Below are positions 43,605-54,229 of a DNA stretch of 64,000 nucleotides, one piece after another. The notes below the pieces were generated by a model. That model was given only the letters and a program-made list of their open reading frames with translations, ran no database searches and was not told the origin of the DNA. The stretch spans positions 27,466,001 to 27,530,000 of the forward strand of contig CM120642.1 in the NCBI GenBank assembly GCA_051362555.1. The letters are read 5' to 3'. This stretch comes from Lingula anatina (Eukaryota; Animalia; Brachiopoda). Within the stretch, counting starts at the first letter, position 1, and each line of letters begins with the position of its first letter. A program made the translations under genes and the position numbers.

Positions 43605-44663
43605 CTGAAAAAGACAACATCATTTTTAAATATTTTGCATAATTATTGCTGTGCTGTATTTTTTATTTATACAACTGGTGTAAAATGATGATTTATAAAT
43701 GCCATATTGCTAATTTAAAAAAAATCCAACCTGAAAAAGCAGAGAATGGTGATGAAATAGAATTGAAATGGATCACATTTAGAGAATTTTTTCATTCTGC
43801 ATAATCACTTTTAGAAATAGCATTCATTTTATGTTTTAATAAGCATTTGGAGATGATTGAAATCATGGGCCCCTAAAAGCACTCTCTTAGGTAATGTTAT
43901 TGGTTTAATATACACATCATTCAGTAGAAATGTAATGTAATTGGGTCTTTTTATCACACACAGAACTAACTTGGACCAATGACTGACTACAATGCATCAT
44001 TTGACTTCATAAGATGACCTAGAATATACAGACCATCTCAAACAGGCTTTCAAATCTAACTCTAATCAATATGATGCTTGATTATGTAGAATGATGCAGT
44101 TTGGACCAATTTCGGTCCAAATTAATCCAGAGTTTGACCAGGCCACATCAGGTCCAGAAAATGTCAATGAAATACCTGGTGTGATCTACCCACTATCTAG
44201 CTGAGTTTCCGGTGCATGTGTGCATAAAGACTGATTATAAAATGAACTGACAATGTGGTTTGTCCACAGATTAAATCAATTACACCAGATTAACTAGGTA
44301 AGCTGCACTCAGTGAGCTAAAACCACAAACCCCCCTAACATCCACATGATAACATTACCATTCACCTGTGCGTAATTATACATAAAATTCATTTAAGTAG
44401 CAATCCTTACATCTAAATAAATTGTCCCATACAGACTGGGAAAACCTTCATCACATAAATTGTACTGTGTCAACTCTGGTGAAGGCTCGTTTCTTTCTAC
44501 TGGGACAATTGTGAATTTAACTGAATACTGTTTTTTTTTAAGAGATAAATTCTTAAAATAAGAACATTCCTATTGAGTGGTTGCAACAAAAATGAAAAGT
44601 AGACTACCTGATAGTCCTATTCTATGCAGTAGAAGCACCAAATGCTACACAGAAATGTTTTTT

Positions 44664-44770
44664 AAACTAGAAAAGCACTCCGAGAGTGCAGACCTCCGCC
44701 AAGGCAGCAATTTTTGATTATTATTGATCTGGATCACCACCAAAAACTAATCATCTGTTGCTTGGCAATC
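44664..44770. mobile_element. Fragment of another Helentron-type non-autonomous element
   Basis: aaactagaaaa-GCACTCcgaGAGTGC hairpin followed by agacctccgccaagg (subTIR-like), the same end architecture as HINE elements. Confidence 0.45.
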
Positions 44771-44856
44771 AACATAAGTGGCTTAAATGTCTGTCACCCC
44801 TACTGAAGCTGCTAGGGTAGGCGTTTAACAGCTTTGGTAGGCTTGTTAGATATCTT

Positions 44857-45404
44857 CAGGCCTAACCAACTACCAGACTCGGCACCTAAGGATCCTGAAT
44901 TAACCGGTATATCGGACCACACTACCCGTTTTCAAGGTGTGTGTCAGATAGCATTTCGGAGTATCATACCCAACAACAAATTTTGTATGACGACTGCGGG
45001 CTCATCCACGCTCGGCTGAACAACCTTAAACTGTACTCTTACTTTAGAGTACTCTATTTCATTATCTCTATGGGGGTATATGGGACTTTACGACATTCGG
45101 TTTGAATGCTTTAACCACTTTTGATAGGGCTTTTTTGCATTGTATTAGATTAATATGCCAGTCTAAGGTTCATCTAGGGGGCTTTCAAATTTATGCACCC
45201 GGTTTTTAAATCATATAGCGATTTAATACGACAATCGTTTACTATCCAATCAAGGTGACAGCCGAGCGTGGGCTCATCCTGTCGGTGTTCTGACTGATAC
45301 TCCGAAATGCGATCTGACACACACCTTGAAAACGGGTAGTGCGGTCCGATATACCGGTTAAGTCAGGATCCTTAGGTGCCGAGTCTGGTAGTTGGTTAGG
45401 CCTG
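44857..45404. mobile_element. Foldback MITE with TIRs over 100 bp and a 5-bp TSD
   Basis: caggcctaaccaactaccagactcggcacctaaggatcctg... is mirrored almost perfectly at the other end (...caggatccttaggtgccgagtctggtagttggttaggcctg). TSD ATCTT at 44852-44856 and 45405-45409. Confidence 0.9.
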
Positions 45405-46013
45405 ATCTTAGTTGCTTAAGCTGAAAGCAATTTAGCAAGAAAACCCCTTGGAGATGGATCGATCCTGTTAGATTGATCTAGGTATGGGAACCCAGTCAAT
45501 GATAACAGCATGTGAAGGACTCACAAGCCTCATTACGAAACTTTGCTTTTGTCAAAATGGTTTTGAAACAGACAAAACACAATAAAAGCCCCTTTGAGTA
45601 TATCTGGGAGACCCATGTGGTAAATTGTGTCTGGGCTGTGGTTTCCGTTCTCAGATGGCAATGATCTCTATTTTGCCCATGAATGAACTATACACATGTT
45701 CACCATTGTGTAGATTTTGTGATGTTGTCCAACTTTCATGTAATTTTTCATTTTCCCAAACAATCTTCTCCGAAATCTGTTTGATCTATTGGTAAACCAC
45801 TAGAACCCATGGTGGCTGGCAACCAAATCCTGATTTTAACAGTTCATGTCTCTCATTTCCTTTGGTAATTACGAGCTCTCATATATTCTCAGATAAACCA
45901 GTTACGGTTGGGATATTTTGACTGCATGATGGTTTATAAAATTATTATCATCATTATTACCATTATTAATATATAAAACTGTCCAGATCACCCTTGGCAT
46001 AAACAAGCTATTG

Positions 46014-48242
46014 AACAAGGCAGCAAAGCTGTCAAATGTACAGACAAAAAGCAGGAAATAACTATGCACAAAATAGGCTACTGTCAATTCTGATGCAAAA
46101 GTACATTATGTTAAACTGCAAATTCAACATCAAATTTTAATTATGCTCAACAGGTAATACCAATGTAAGTAAAATGTGTAACAAGCATAAGGCTTCAGGC
46201 CCATGGCAGTTCAAGTTCACACTTTGAAAATGAATAACTTCCAGAAAAAGAAGCCAATCAGACTGCTTTTCCAACTCAGGCTGCATTTTAGTCCTGTATT
46301 TCTTTTTTGAACGTTTGGCAATCATCAGTAACATGGTTTTCCCATAATGGTCATCATGGCAGCAGCACCCAAAATTGTGTTTTCTTCTATTCTGATGCAT
46401 TATTACATAATGGTTAACAGCATAATGACCGTCAATTTTTAATAATAAAATATACATATCATGGATTTTCAGAAAATGTGACTAGCATGGGTCTTCAAGC
46501 CCATGGAACTTCAAAGTCACACCTTGAAAATGCCAATATGTGAAAAATTAAATTTTCACAAAAAAAAAAAAACTGTTTAACTAGCAGAAAGAATTACCAA
46601 ACACACTGCATTGCCTACTGAAGCTGTATTTTAGTCCCGTGTTTCTTTCCTGTAAGTTTGAGAACAGTAAGTGACATGATTTTTCTTAAATGGTCATCAT
46701 GGGAGCAGTGCCCAAAATATTTTTTTTCCAAATTTTGATGCAATATTACATAACGTTTAACAGCATAATGACCATCAATTTTTAATGATAAAATATTAGT
46801 ATTATGGATATTCAGAAAATGTGACTAGCAAAGGTCTTCAGGCCCATGGAACTTCAAAGTCACACCTTGAAAATGCCAAAATGTAAACAAGACAGCACTG
46901 TTCTGAAATGGGTGTTTTCCCATTTTTAACAATTTTTTAACATAAAACAAAATTAACAGTTTACTGCCATTTTTATATGATCAACTAAGAAAATTGATGA
47001 GATGTGAAAAATATCAATAGAACAGTGTCAAATGTCCAATTTCCTCCATTCTGAGTTTCTGAACATAGTGAATGATTGAATCTTACAAACTGCAATGATA
47101 TGAGTTTATTTCCATTTTTGAAACTTTATTACACAATACACGATAATAAGTTTACCATCATTTTTACAAAATCAACTAACAATGTTGTAAATATGCAGGA
47201 AATGTCAAACAAACACTTTTACTTATCTTATTAATTAAATAATGAAACTGTCAACATGCCTAAAAATTGAATCTGAGGAAATGTGAAACAAGACAGCACT
47301 ATTCTGAAATGGGTTTATTTCCATTTTTAACACTTTTTTAACATAAAACAAAATTAACAGTTTACTGCCATTTTTATATGATCAACTAAGAAAATTGATG
47401 AGATGTGAAAAATATCAATAGAACAGTGTCAAATGTCCAATTTCCTCCATTCTGAGTTTCTGAACATAGTGAATGATTGAATCTTACAAACTGCAATGAT
47501 ATGAGTTTATTTCCATTTTTGATACCTTATTACACAATACACGATAACAAGTTTACCATCATTTTTACAAAATCAACTAACAATGTTGTAAAGATGCAGG
47601 AAATGTCAAACAAACACTTTTACGTATCTTATTAATTAAATAATGAGACTGTTAACATGCCTAAGAATTGAATCTGAGGAAATGTGAAAAAACAGCATAA
47701 CTTATAAAATAATGGTCCGATTATGCTGATTTTCGAACTTGACCTGCGCTTTAGTAAGATTGATTACTCCTGTGAGTTTCATGACAACAGGCCTATGGGT
47801 TTTCCTTGAAATGTGTTAACAGTGTTGCAAATATGCTGAAAAGTGAAAAAACAGCATAACTACTAAAATAGTGGCCCCATCAAGCCGATTTTCGAACTTG
47901 ATCTGCGTTTTAGTAAGATTGATTACTCCTGTGAGTTTCATGACAACAGGCCTATCAGTTTTCCTTGAAATGTGTTAACAGTGTTGCATATATGCTGAAA
48001 AGTGAAAAAACAGCATAAATTCTACAATAATGGCCCGATCATGCTGATTTTCGAACTTGACCTGCGTTTTATGAATATTCATCAGCTCTGTAAATATAAA
48101 ACCAAAAAGTAAAACTGTCTTCCACTTATGGTGTTAACGCTGAAAGTGCACGGCGACATGATCGGCGACGGCGACGGCGACGGCGACGACAGACGCAGGT
48201 GATGGCAATATGTACAGACACATCTGTGTCTGTACATAAAAA
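46014..48242 (-). mobile_element. Non-autonomous Helentron-type element (HINE/DINE-1-like) with internal tandem arrays, copy 1
   Basis: One end is aacaa-GGCAGCaaaGCTGTC (hairpin) plus subTIR atgtacagaca. The other end is a (GGCGAC)n microsatellite, the palindrome atgtacagacacatctgtgtctgtacat and an A-run. Internal tandem units of about 300-345, about 401 and about 159 bp. No TSD seen. Confidence 0.75.
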
Positions 48243-50330
48243 GGCTAAAATTATTAATGATTGGCTGATTTCATGTTATAAATATAGACATTTCAGCATT
48301 TTTCATGACAAAAAGCAAGTGGAAGAATTTTTCATAGAGACCCATTCTATGGTGAGCAGTGGCATGTTTACAGTTGACTTTTGACTGCTTATCTTGGCAC
48401 AATATTATCACGCCTCCTCTTGTTTCCAACATCCTCACATAATCACCAGCTTCTCTATATACTACTCAATGCCAAGAGGAGGTGTGTTGATCTGATAAAT
48501 TGATTGCATTTAGCGAGAGTCCCCGCAGAGTTTGATCTTCAGTGGGAATAAGCCCTATGTGTACAATATGTTCCAATCATTCCCAGTGCTAGGTTAACTA
48601 AACTTTAAGAATGTGGAACAGCAGAGGGATTAGATAGGCTTCCCAATGTTAGGAAGTGTACTTCCCCCATCTGCCAAGATGGTATGGTTGTAAGCTTAGC
48701 AGTTACAACAGGACTGTAAATGCACCTTCAACATCCAAATAAACTGCATTCTTGGACATACAATAATGTTCCACATTCCTGTGGTCATTTATAACATTTA
48801 ATTTGGTTCTGTTATCACACACACATATTTTGTTTATTTATTTATCCCACCTGTATTGCCCAAAAAAAGATAAACGGTGGGTTAGGCAGTCGACTGGAAT
48901 GCGTCTAGCCAGAGCTGCACACTTTTGTATTAAAACAAGATCAATCAAAATGCACACTATCCTTATTGTCCATGATTACCGTCTGTATTTATTACCTCGT
49001 CAAATGATATATGCGGTACTTGAGGTAAAGGTCGTCATCACTTACAGTATTTATTCTATTTGCAATATATACACAAAATATCTTTTATAGCCTTGTTAAC
49101 TTTTTAATACATGGTACTTAAGTCATAATATTGTTCAACACACATTTGTCTCATTTCGAAATCAAATTTGATTCATGTTATTCACTCTGCATTTATTCTC
49201 TGCCCCTTATTTTCAAGCTGTTATTATTATTATGGCATAATTCAACTCAATTAGGGCCTTTAAAGTTACCGACTCTTTTGTCCAATATCAACAGACTTGA
49301 TATTATTAACACCTCTCTTATGTGAAACATTTTGTTAAGCCTTATCTGACTACATCAGGAGTCTAGGAATAAAACATGTTGAATACACCCTGAGTTTCAG
49401 ACTAGTGACACATCCCAGTTGTCTGAATGTGGGCTGAGATAAAACAAGGCAGCAAAGCTGTCAAATGTACAGACAAAAAACAGGAAATAACTATGCACAA
49501 AATAGGCTACTGTCATTTGTGATGCAAAAGTACATTATGTGAATGATTGAATCTGACAAACTGCAATAATATGAGTTAATTTCCATTTTTGAAACTTTAT
49601 TACACAATACACGATGACAAGTTTACCATCATTTTTACAAAATCAACTAACAATGTTGTAAAGATGCAGGAAATGTCAAACAAACACTTTTATGTATCTT
49701 ATTAATTAAATAATGAAACTGTTAACATGCCTAAGAATTAAATCTGAGGAAATGTGAAAAAACAGCATAACTTCTAAAATAATGGTTTGATCACGCTGAT
49801 TTTTGAACTTGACCTGCGTTTTATGAATATTCATCAGCTCTGTAAATATAAAGCCTAAAAGTAAAACTGGCTTCCATTTATCTTGTTTACAATGAAAGTG
49901 CACGGCGCTGGCGACGGCGATGACGGCGACGACAGAAGCAGGTGATGGCAATATGTACAGACACATCTATATATATTTACTGTACTGTTTGAGAACAGTA
50001 AGTGACATGGTTTTTCTTTAATGGTCATCATGGGAGCAGTGCCCAAAATAGGTTTTTTTCAAATTTTGATGCAATATTACATAATGTTTAACAGCATAAT
50101 GACCATCAATTTTTAATAATAAAATATTAGTATCATGGATATTCAGAAAATGTGACTAGCAAAGGTCTTCAGGCCCATGGAACTTCAAAGTCACAACTTA
50201 AAAATGCCAAAATGTAAACAAGACGGCACTGTTCTGAAATGTTTTTTTCCCATTTTTAACAATTTTTTAACATAAAACAAAATTAAGAGTTTACTGGCAT
50301 ATTTATATGATCAACTAAAAAAATTGATGA

Positions 50331-50723
50331 TAGAGAATAATGAGCATACTGTAGTTTTCATTCAAAGGTAATTGCTTACCAAGAGTACTTAGTCAGATGT
50401 TAGATGTAGCCAAAGGCTATGTTGCATCAGTACTTACCTGGAGAACATGTCATTCTCTATATGCACACTGTGTAGGCCTATATAGTGAATCATTCAGACA
50501 CTGGACTTCACCCTGATAGGAGGTGTGCAGGACTTTTTATACCTGAGGTGACTTTCATTTATTTACATATATAAGTATTTCATGATCTAGTTCTTTATTG
50601 TGTATTTCATATTTTTCCATTTATTATATTACTGAGTTTACTAATAGTTTGTTTGTATGCATTTCAGCCTTCATTGTTTCCAGTTAATAAAGATTGGAAA
50701 TCAAATAGTGTCCATCTTATCTA
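50331..50723 (+). repeat. 5' LTR (TAGAGAA...TTATCTA)
   Basis: Direct repeat of 52001-52393 with no mismatch seen by eye. Contains a TATA-like ctatatag near 50478, a GT-AG intron candidate at 50548-50667 and AATAAA near 50686. Confidence 0.95.
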
Positions 50724-50779
50724 TGAAGGCTCAGGTATGACCATAGTCTACCGGTAAACAGTCCATCCTACAGGCCAGC

Positions 50780-51961
50780 ATGCCAGTTGTAAAGTGCCCA
50801 TTCCCAGACTGCACTTATGAGACAGAAGATGTGGCAGATACCATTGTCAACACACTATTGACAATACATGCACAAAGCCATAATGCCACTTCCTCTCAGT
50901 CATCTACAAAGGTCAAAACTGACAAGATTCGTCGCCCCACAATATCTACAGCTGGTACTAGTGAAGATTGGACTTACTTTCTGACAAGGTGGAAAGAATA
51001 TACCATAGCAACCAAAATTACTGGCCAAGATCGTGTAATACTTGAAGATTGGGGTGTACATCACCGTTTATCATCTGTAGCATTTCCCCACAGCAATTGT
51101 CGCGCTGAAGTTGGTGTCAAAACAGTCAAACGATTGCTTATGAACAATACAGGACCAAATGGTGAGTTGGACACCAATTCAGTGCAGCGTGCAATATTAC
51201 AGTACCGTAATACACCTGATCCAGATACAAAACTGTCCCCTGCAATGTGTATATTTGGAAGGCCAATAAGGGATTTTATTCCAATACTACCAGGTCGATA
51301 CGAACCACATCCTACATGGAAGTCAACATTAGCAGCACGTGAGGAAGCACTCCGTAACAGACATATGAGATCCGCAGATCACTGGAGTGAACACACTAGA
51401 CGCCTACCACCACTTGCTATTGGAGACCACGTTCGTATTCAGAATCAGACTGGTCCGCATCCAAATAAATGGGACAAAACTGGCACTATTACTGAAGTAA
51501 AACAGTTTGACCAGTACCTGGTGAAAGTTGATGGATCTGGACGTGTGACACTACGCAATAGAAAATTCTTAAGGAAATTCATTCCGTATGTGTCATCTCT
51601 ACCTCGTCACTCTATCATTGATGACCTAAAGCACAGATTTTACATACAACAGCCTACAGTCAACAATGACACACCTACATTCAGCAAATTACCAGAACCA
51701 GAATCTACCTTATTGAAAAATTCACATGAGTCAGTGGAGTCGGAAAAAATTGTCACCACAACTCTACCCATAGTACCAAATGAAACTGATGGAAAGTGTA
51801 AAGAAACAGGAACACTACCTTTAACACAACCATCTCATGAAACTCCTAAAGCACTTCCAAAACCACCACGGATGTTAACAAGACTTTTACCACACAACAA
51901 ACCCGGACTAAAGGAATCAAATGAAGGACTACGCAGATCTGTAAGACTAAATAAAAACTAA
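50780..51961 (+). CDS. In-frame Gag(N-term)-integrase(C-term) fusion ORF of the deleted Gypsy element
   Basis: 393 aa. Residues 1-87 are Gag-like (CPFPDC..H..H; [23 protein letters not shown]). From about residue 88 it is the integrase core end ([28 protein letters not shown]; [26 protein letters not shown]) followed by a C-terminal SH3-like region ([10 protein letters not shown]...[20 protein letters not shown]). No protease, RT or RNase H motifs. Confidence 0.85.
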   Translation: MPVVKCPFPDCTYETEDVADTIVNTLLTIHAQSHNATSSQSSTKVKTDKIRRPTISTAGTSEDWTYFLTRWKEYTIATKITGQDRVILEDWGVHHRLSSVAFPHSNCRAEVGVKTVKRLLMNNTGPNGELDTNSVQRAILQYRNTPDPDTKLSPAMCIFGRPIRDFIPILPGRYEPHPTWKSTLAAREEALRNRHMRSADHWSEHTRRLPPLAIGDHVRIQNQTGPHPNKWDKTGTITEVKQFDQYLVKVDGSGRVTLRNRKFLRKFIPYVSSLPRHSIIDDLKHRFYIQQPTVNNDTPTFSKLPEPESTLLKNSHESVESEKIVTTTLPIVPNETDGKCKETGTLPLTQPSHETPKALPKPPRMLTRLLPHNKPGLKESNEGLRRSVRLNKN

Positions 51962-52000
51962 CTTTAACCGTCTTTAATGTTTAAAAGACTGGGGGGGGCA

Positions 52001-52393
52001 TAGAGAATAATGAGCATACTGTAGTTTTCATTCAAAGGTAATTGCTTACCAAGAGTACTTAGTCAGATGTTAGATGTAGCCAAAGGCTATGTTGCATCAG
52101 TACTTACCTGGAGAACATGTCATTCTCTATATGCACACTGTGTAGGCCTATATAGTGAATCATTCAGACACTGGACTTCACCCTGATAGGAGGTGTGCAG
52201 GACTTTTTATACCTGAGGTGACTTTCATTTATTTACATATATAAGTATTTCATGATCTAGTTCTTTATTGTGTATTTCATATTTTTCCATTTATTATATT
52301 ACTGAGTTTACTAATAGTTTGTTTGTATGCATTTCAGCCTTCATTGTTTCCAGTTAATAAAGATTGGAAATCAAATAGTGTCCATCTTATCTA
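52001..52393 (+). repeat. 3' LTR
   Basis: Direct repeat of 50331-50723, preceded by the polypurine tract and followed by the TSD GATGA. Confidence 0.95.
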
Positions 52394-54022
52394 GATGAGA
52401 TGGGAAAAATATCAATAAAACAGTGTTAAATGTCCAATTTCTTCCATTCTGAGATTCTGAACATAGTGAATGATTGAATCTGACAAACCGCAATGATATG
52501 AGTTTATTTCCATTTTTGAAACTTTATTACACAATACACAATAACAAGTATACCATCATTTTTACAAAATCAACTAACAATGTTGTGAAGATGCAGGAAA
52601 TGTCAAACAAACACTTTTACGTATCTTCTTAACTAAATAATGAGACTGTTAACATGCCTAAGAATTAAATCTGAGGAAATGTGAAAAAACGGCATAACTT
52701 ATAAAATAATGGCCCGATTATGCTGATTTTCGAACTTGACCTGCGTTTTAGTAAGATTGATTACTCCTGTGAGTTTCATGACAACAGGTCTATCGGTTTT
52801 CCTTGAAATGTGTTAACAGTGTTGCATATATGCTGAAAAGTGAAAAAACAGCATAACTACTAAAATAGTGGCCCGATCATGCCGATTTTCAAACTTGATA
52901 TGTGTTTTAGTAAGATTGATTACTCCTGTGAGTTTCATGACAACAGGCCTATCGGTTTTCCTTGAAATGTGTTAACAGTGTTGCATATATGCTAAAAAGA
53001 GAAAAAACAGCATAAATTTTACAATAATGGCCAGATCATGCTGATTTTCGAACTTGACCTGCGTTTTATGAATATTAGTCAGCTCTGTAAATATAAAGCC
53101 AAAAAATAAAACTGTCTTCCACTTATGGTGTTAACGCTGAAAGTGCACGGCGACATGATCGGCGACGGCGACGGCGACGACAGACGCAGGTGATGGCAAT
53201 ATGTACAGACACATCTGTGTCTGTACATAAAAAAGTTTAAGGGGTTTGTCCAGCTAATCTAAATAGTCCTTGGTCTTAACAAGAGCACCTTTCATTTCTC
53301 TTTGTATTTTTGGTCAAAATGTACCAAGCAAATTTTACCAAGCAAGGGACAGAGGGGGAGAGAAGGAAATCAGAAGTATGTCCTTTGAAACACAGGGTGT
53401 CAGCATTTCATAGACGTCAACCTTCACTGTCTGGTCATGCTTTATCTATCCTTAAATATCAAATCTCTCACACGTCCTTTTTCTTATTAAAACCCATTTG
53501 CTTTTGAATGGGCCACATTTTGTTTAAATGAAAACAGTGACATTCTATAATCTCTTCTCTGAATGCATGTGCAATGCTTTTCTGTTGAAATAATCAGGAA
53601 GTCTAGACACTTTAATTGCTTATGTCTTTGAGTAAAGACGGTTTTTAGATGAAGACCATTGGAAAGGGGAGGACAGTGACTGCCAATCATTATTTTTTAC
53701 AATGACTGAAGATAAATTTTATTTAGGAAGTAGGTATACTGCACCGTAAATCAAGTGAAGAAGAAACGAAACCTGTCTTCAAACCTATTGCTTTGTAACA
53801 CCTAAAAGTGTACTTTTTAAAATTCATTTTGGCTTTCTGCTTTTTAACACCCTCCATATTGCATGGGGTTATTAATCATGGAAGATGTTGCTCAAATCTA
53901 CTTTCAAAATGCAGTTTTTCCATTTATCCTCTCCATATGCCCTGAGTTTCAGAAGAGATTACCTGAAACTAACAACCTCCATGAAACAGCTGTAACAGAG
54001 GTTTTTCTCAAGTAAACTCTAA

Positions 54023-54229
54023 GGGCCCTTTCACAATGAAACTAGCATTCTACCTAGATCGAATCAACTCAGAGAGGACTCGATGTGTTTGTATAAACAG
54101 CAGCTTTTCTGTATTCTACTCAGTGCCAGGAGGAGGTGTGTTAACCTGTTAATCTGACTGCATTCAGCAAGAGTCCCTGGGGAGTTGGATCAATCCACAT
54201 GGGATCATAGTTTCACTGGAAATGAGTCC
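54023..54229. mobile_element. Harbinger MITE family B
   Basis: taa|gggccctttcacaatgaaacta ... tagtttcactggaaatgagtcc|taa, with a core shared with 5604-5950. Confidence 0.75.

Larger units (their letters stand above)
50331..52393 (+). mobile_element. Internally deleted, non-autonomous Ty3/Gypsy LTR retrotransposon with apparently identical LTRs and a 5-bp TSD
   Basis: 393-bp LTRs at 50331-50723 and 52001-52393. TSD GATGA at 50326-50330 and 52394-52398, with the empty site aaattgatgagatgtg in paralogous repeats near 46991 and 47392. PPT aaaagactggggggggca at 51983-52000. Internal ORF is Gag N-terminus plus integrase C-terminal half. Confidence 0.95.
49443..53234 (-). mobile_element. Helentron-type element copy 2 (rearranged; interrupted by the Gypsy insertion)
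   Basis: Same termini as 46014-48242 (aacaaggcagcaaagctgtcaaatgtacagaca ... atgtacagacacatctgtgtctgtacataaaaaa). Extra internal half-terminus near 49905-49968. Units of about 159 bp at 52680-53065. Confidence 0.75.

Noticed and set aside
46885-48065. CRISPR-like array
   Set aside because: Eukaryotic context; the units are long tandem repeats without unique spacers, and there are no cas genes.
50431-50441. U1 snRNA gene or pseudogene
   Set aside because: Only 11 nt match the U1 5' end; the downstream sequence is not U1.
50539-50738. Tf1-like self-priming from unspliced RNA using only ATACCTGAG (9 nt)
   Set aside because: The primer 3' end would sit 6 nt away from the LTR boundary, and it would not explain why the two complementary blocks abut GT and AG exactly. 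Kept only as an alternative (three-way junction).
50724-50741. Conventional tRNA primer-binding site
   Set aside because: Begins TGA rather than TGG and I recognise no tRNA 3' end. The 15-nt match to the spliced LTR junction explains it better, though an internal tRNA-fragment primer is not formally excluded.
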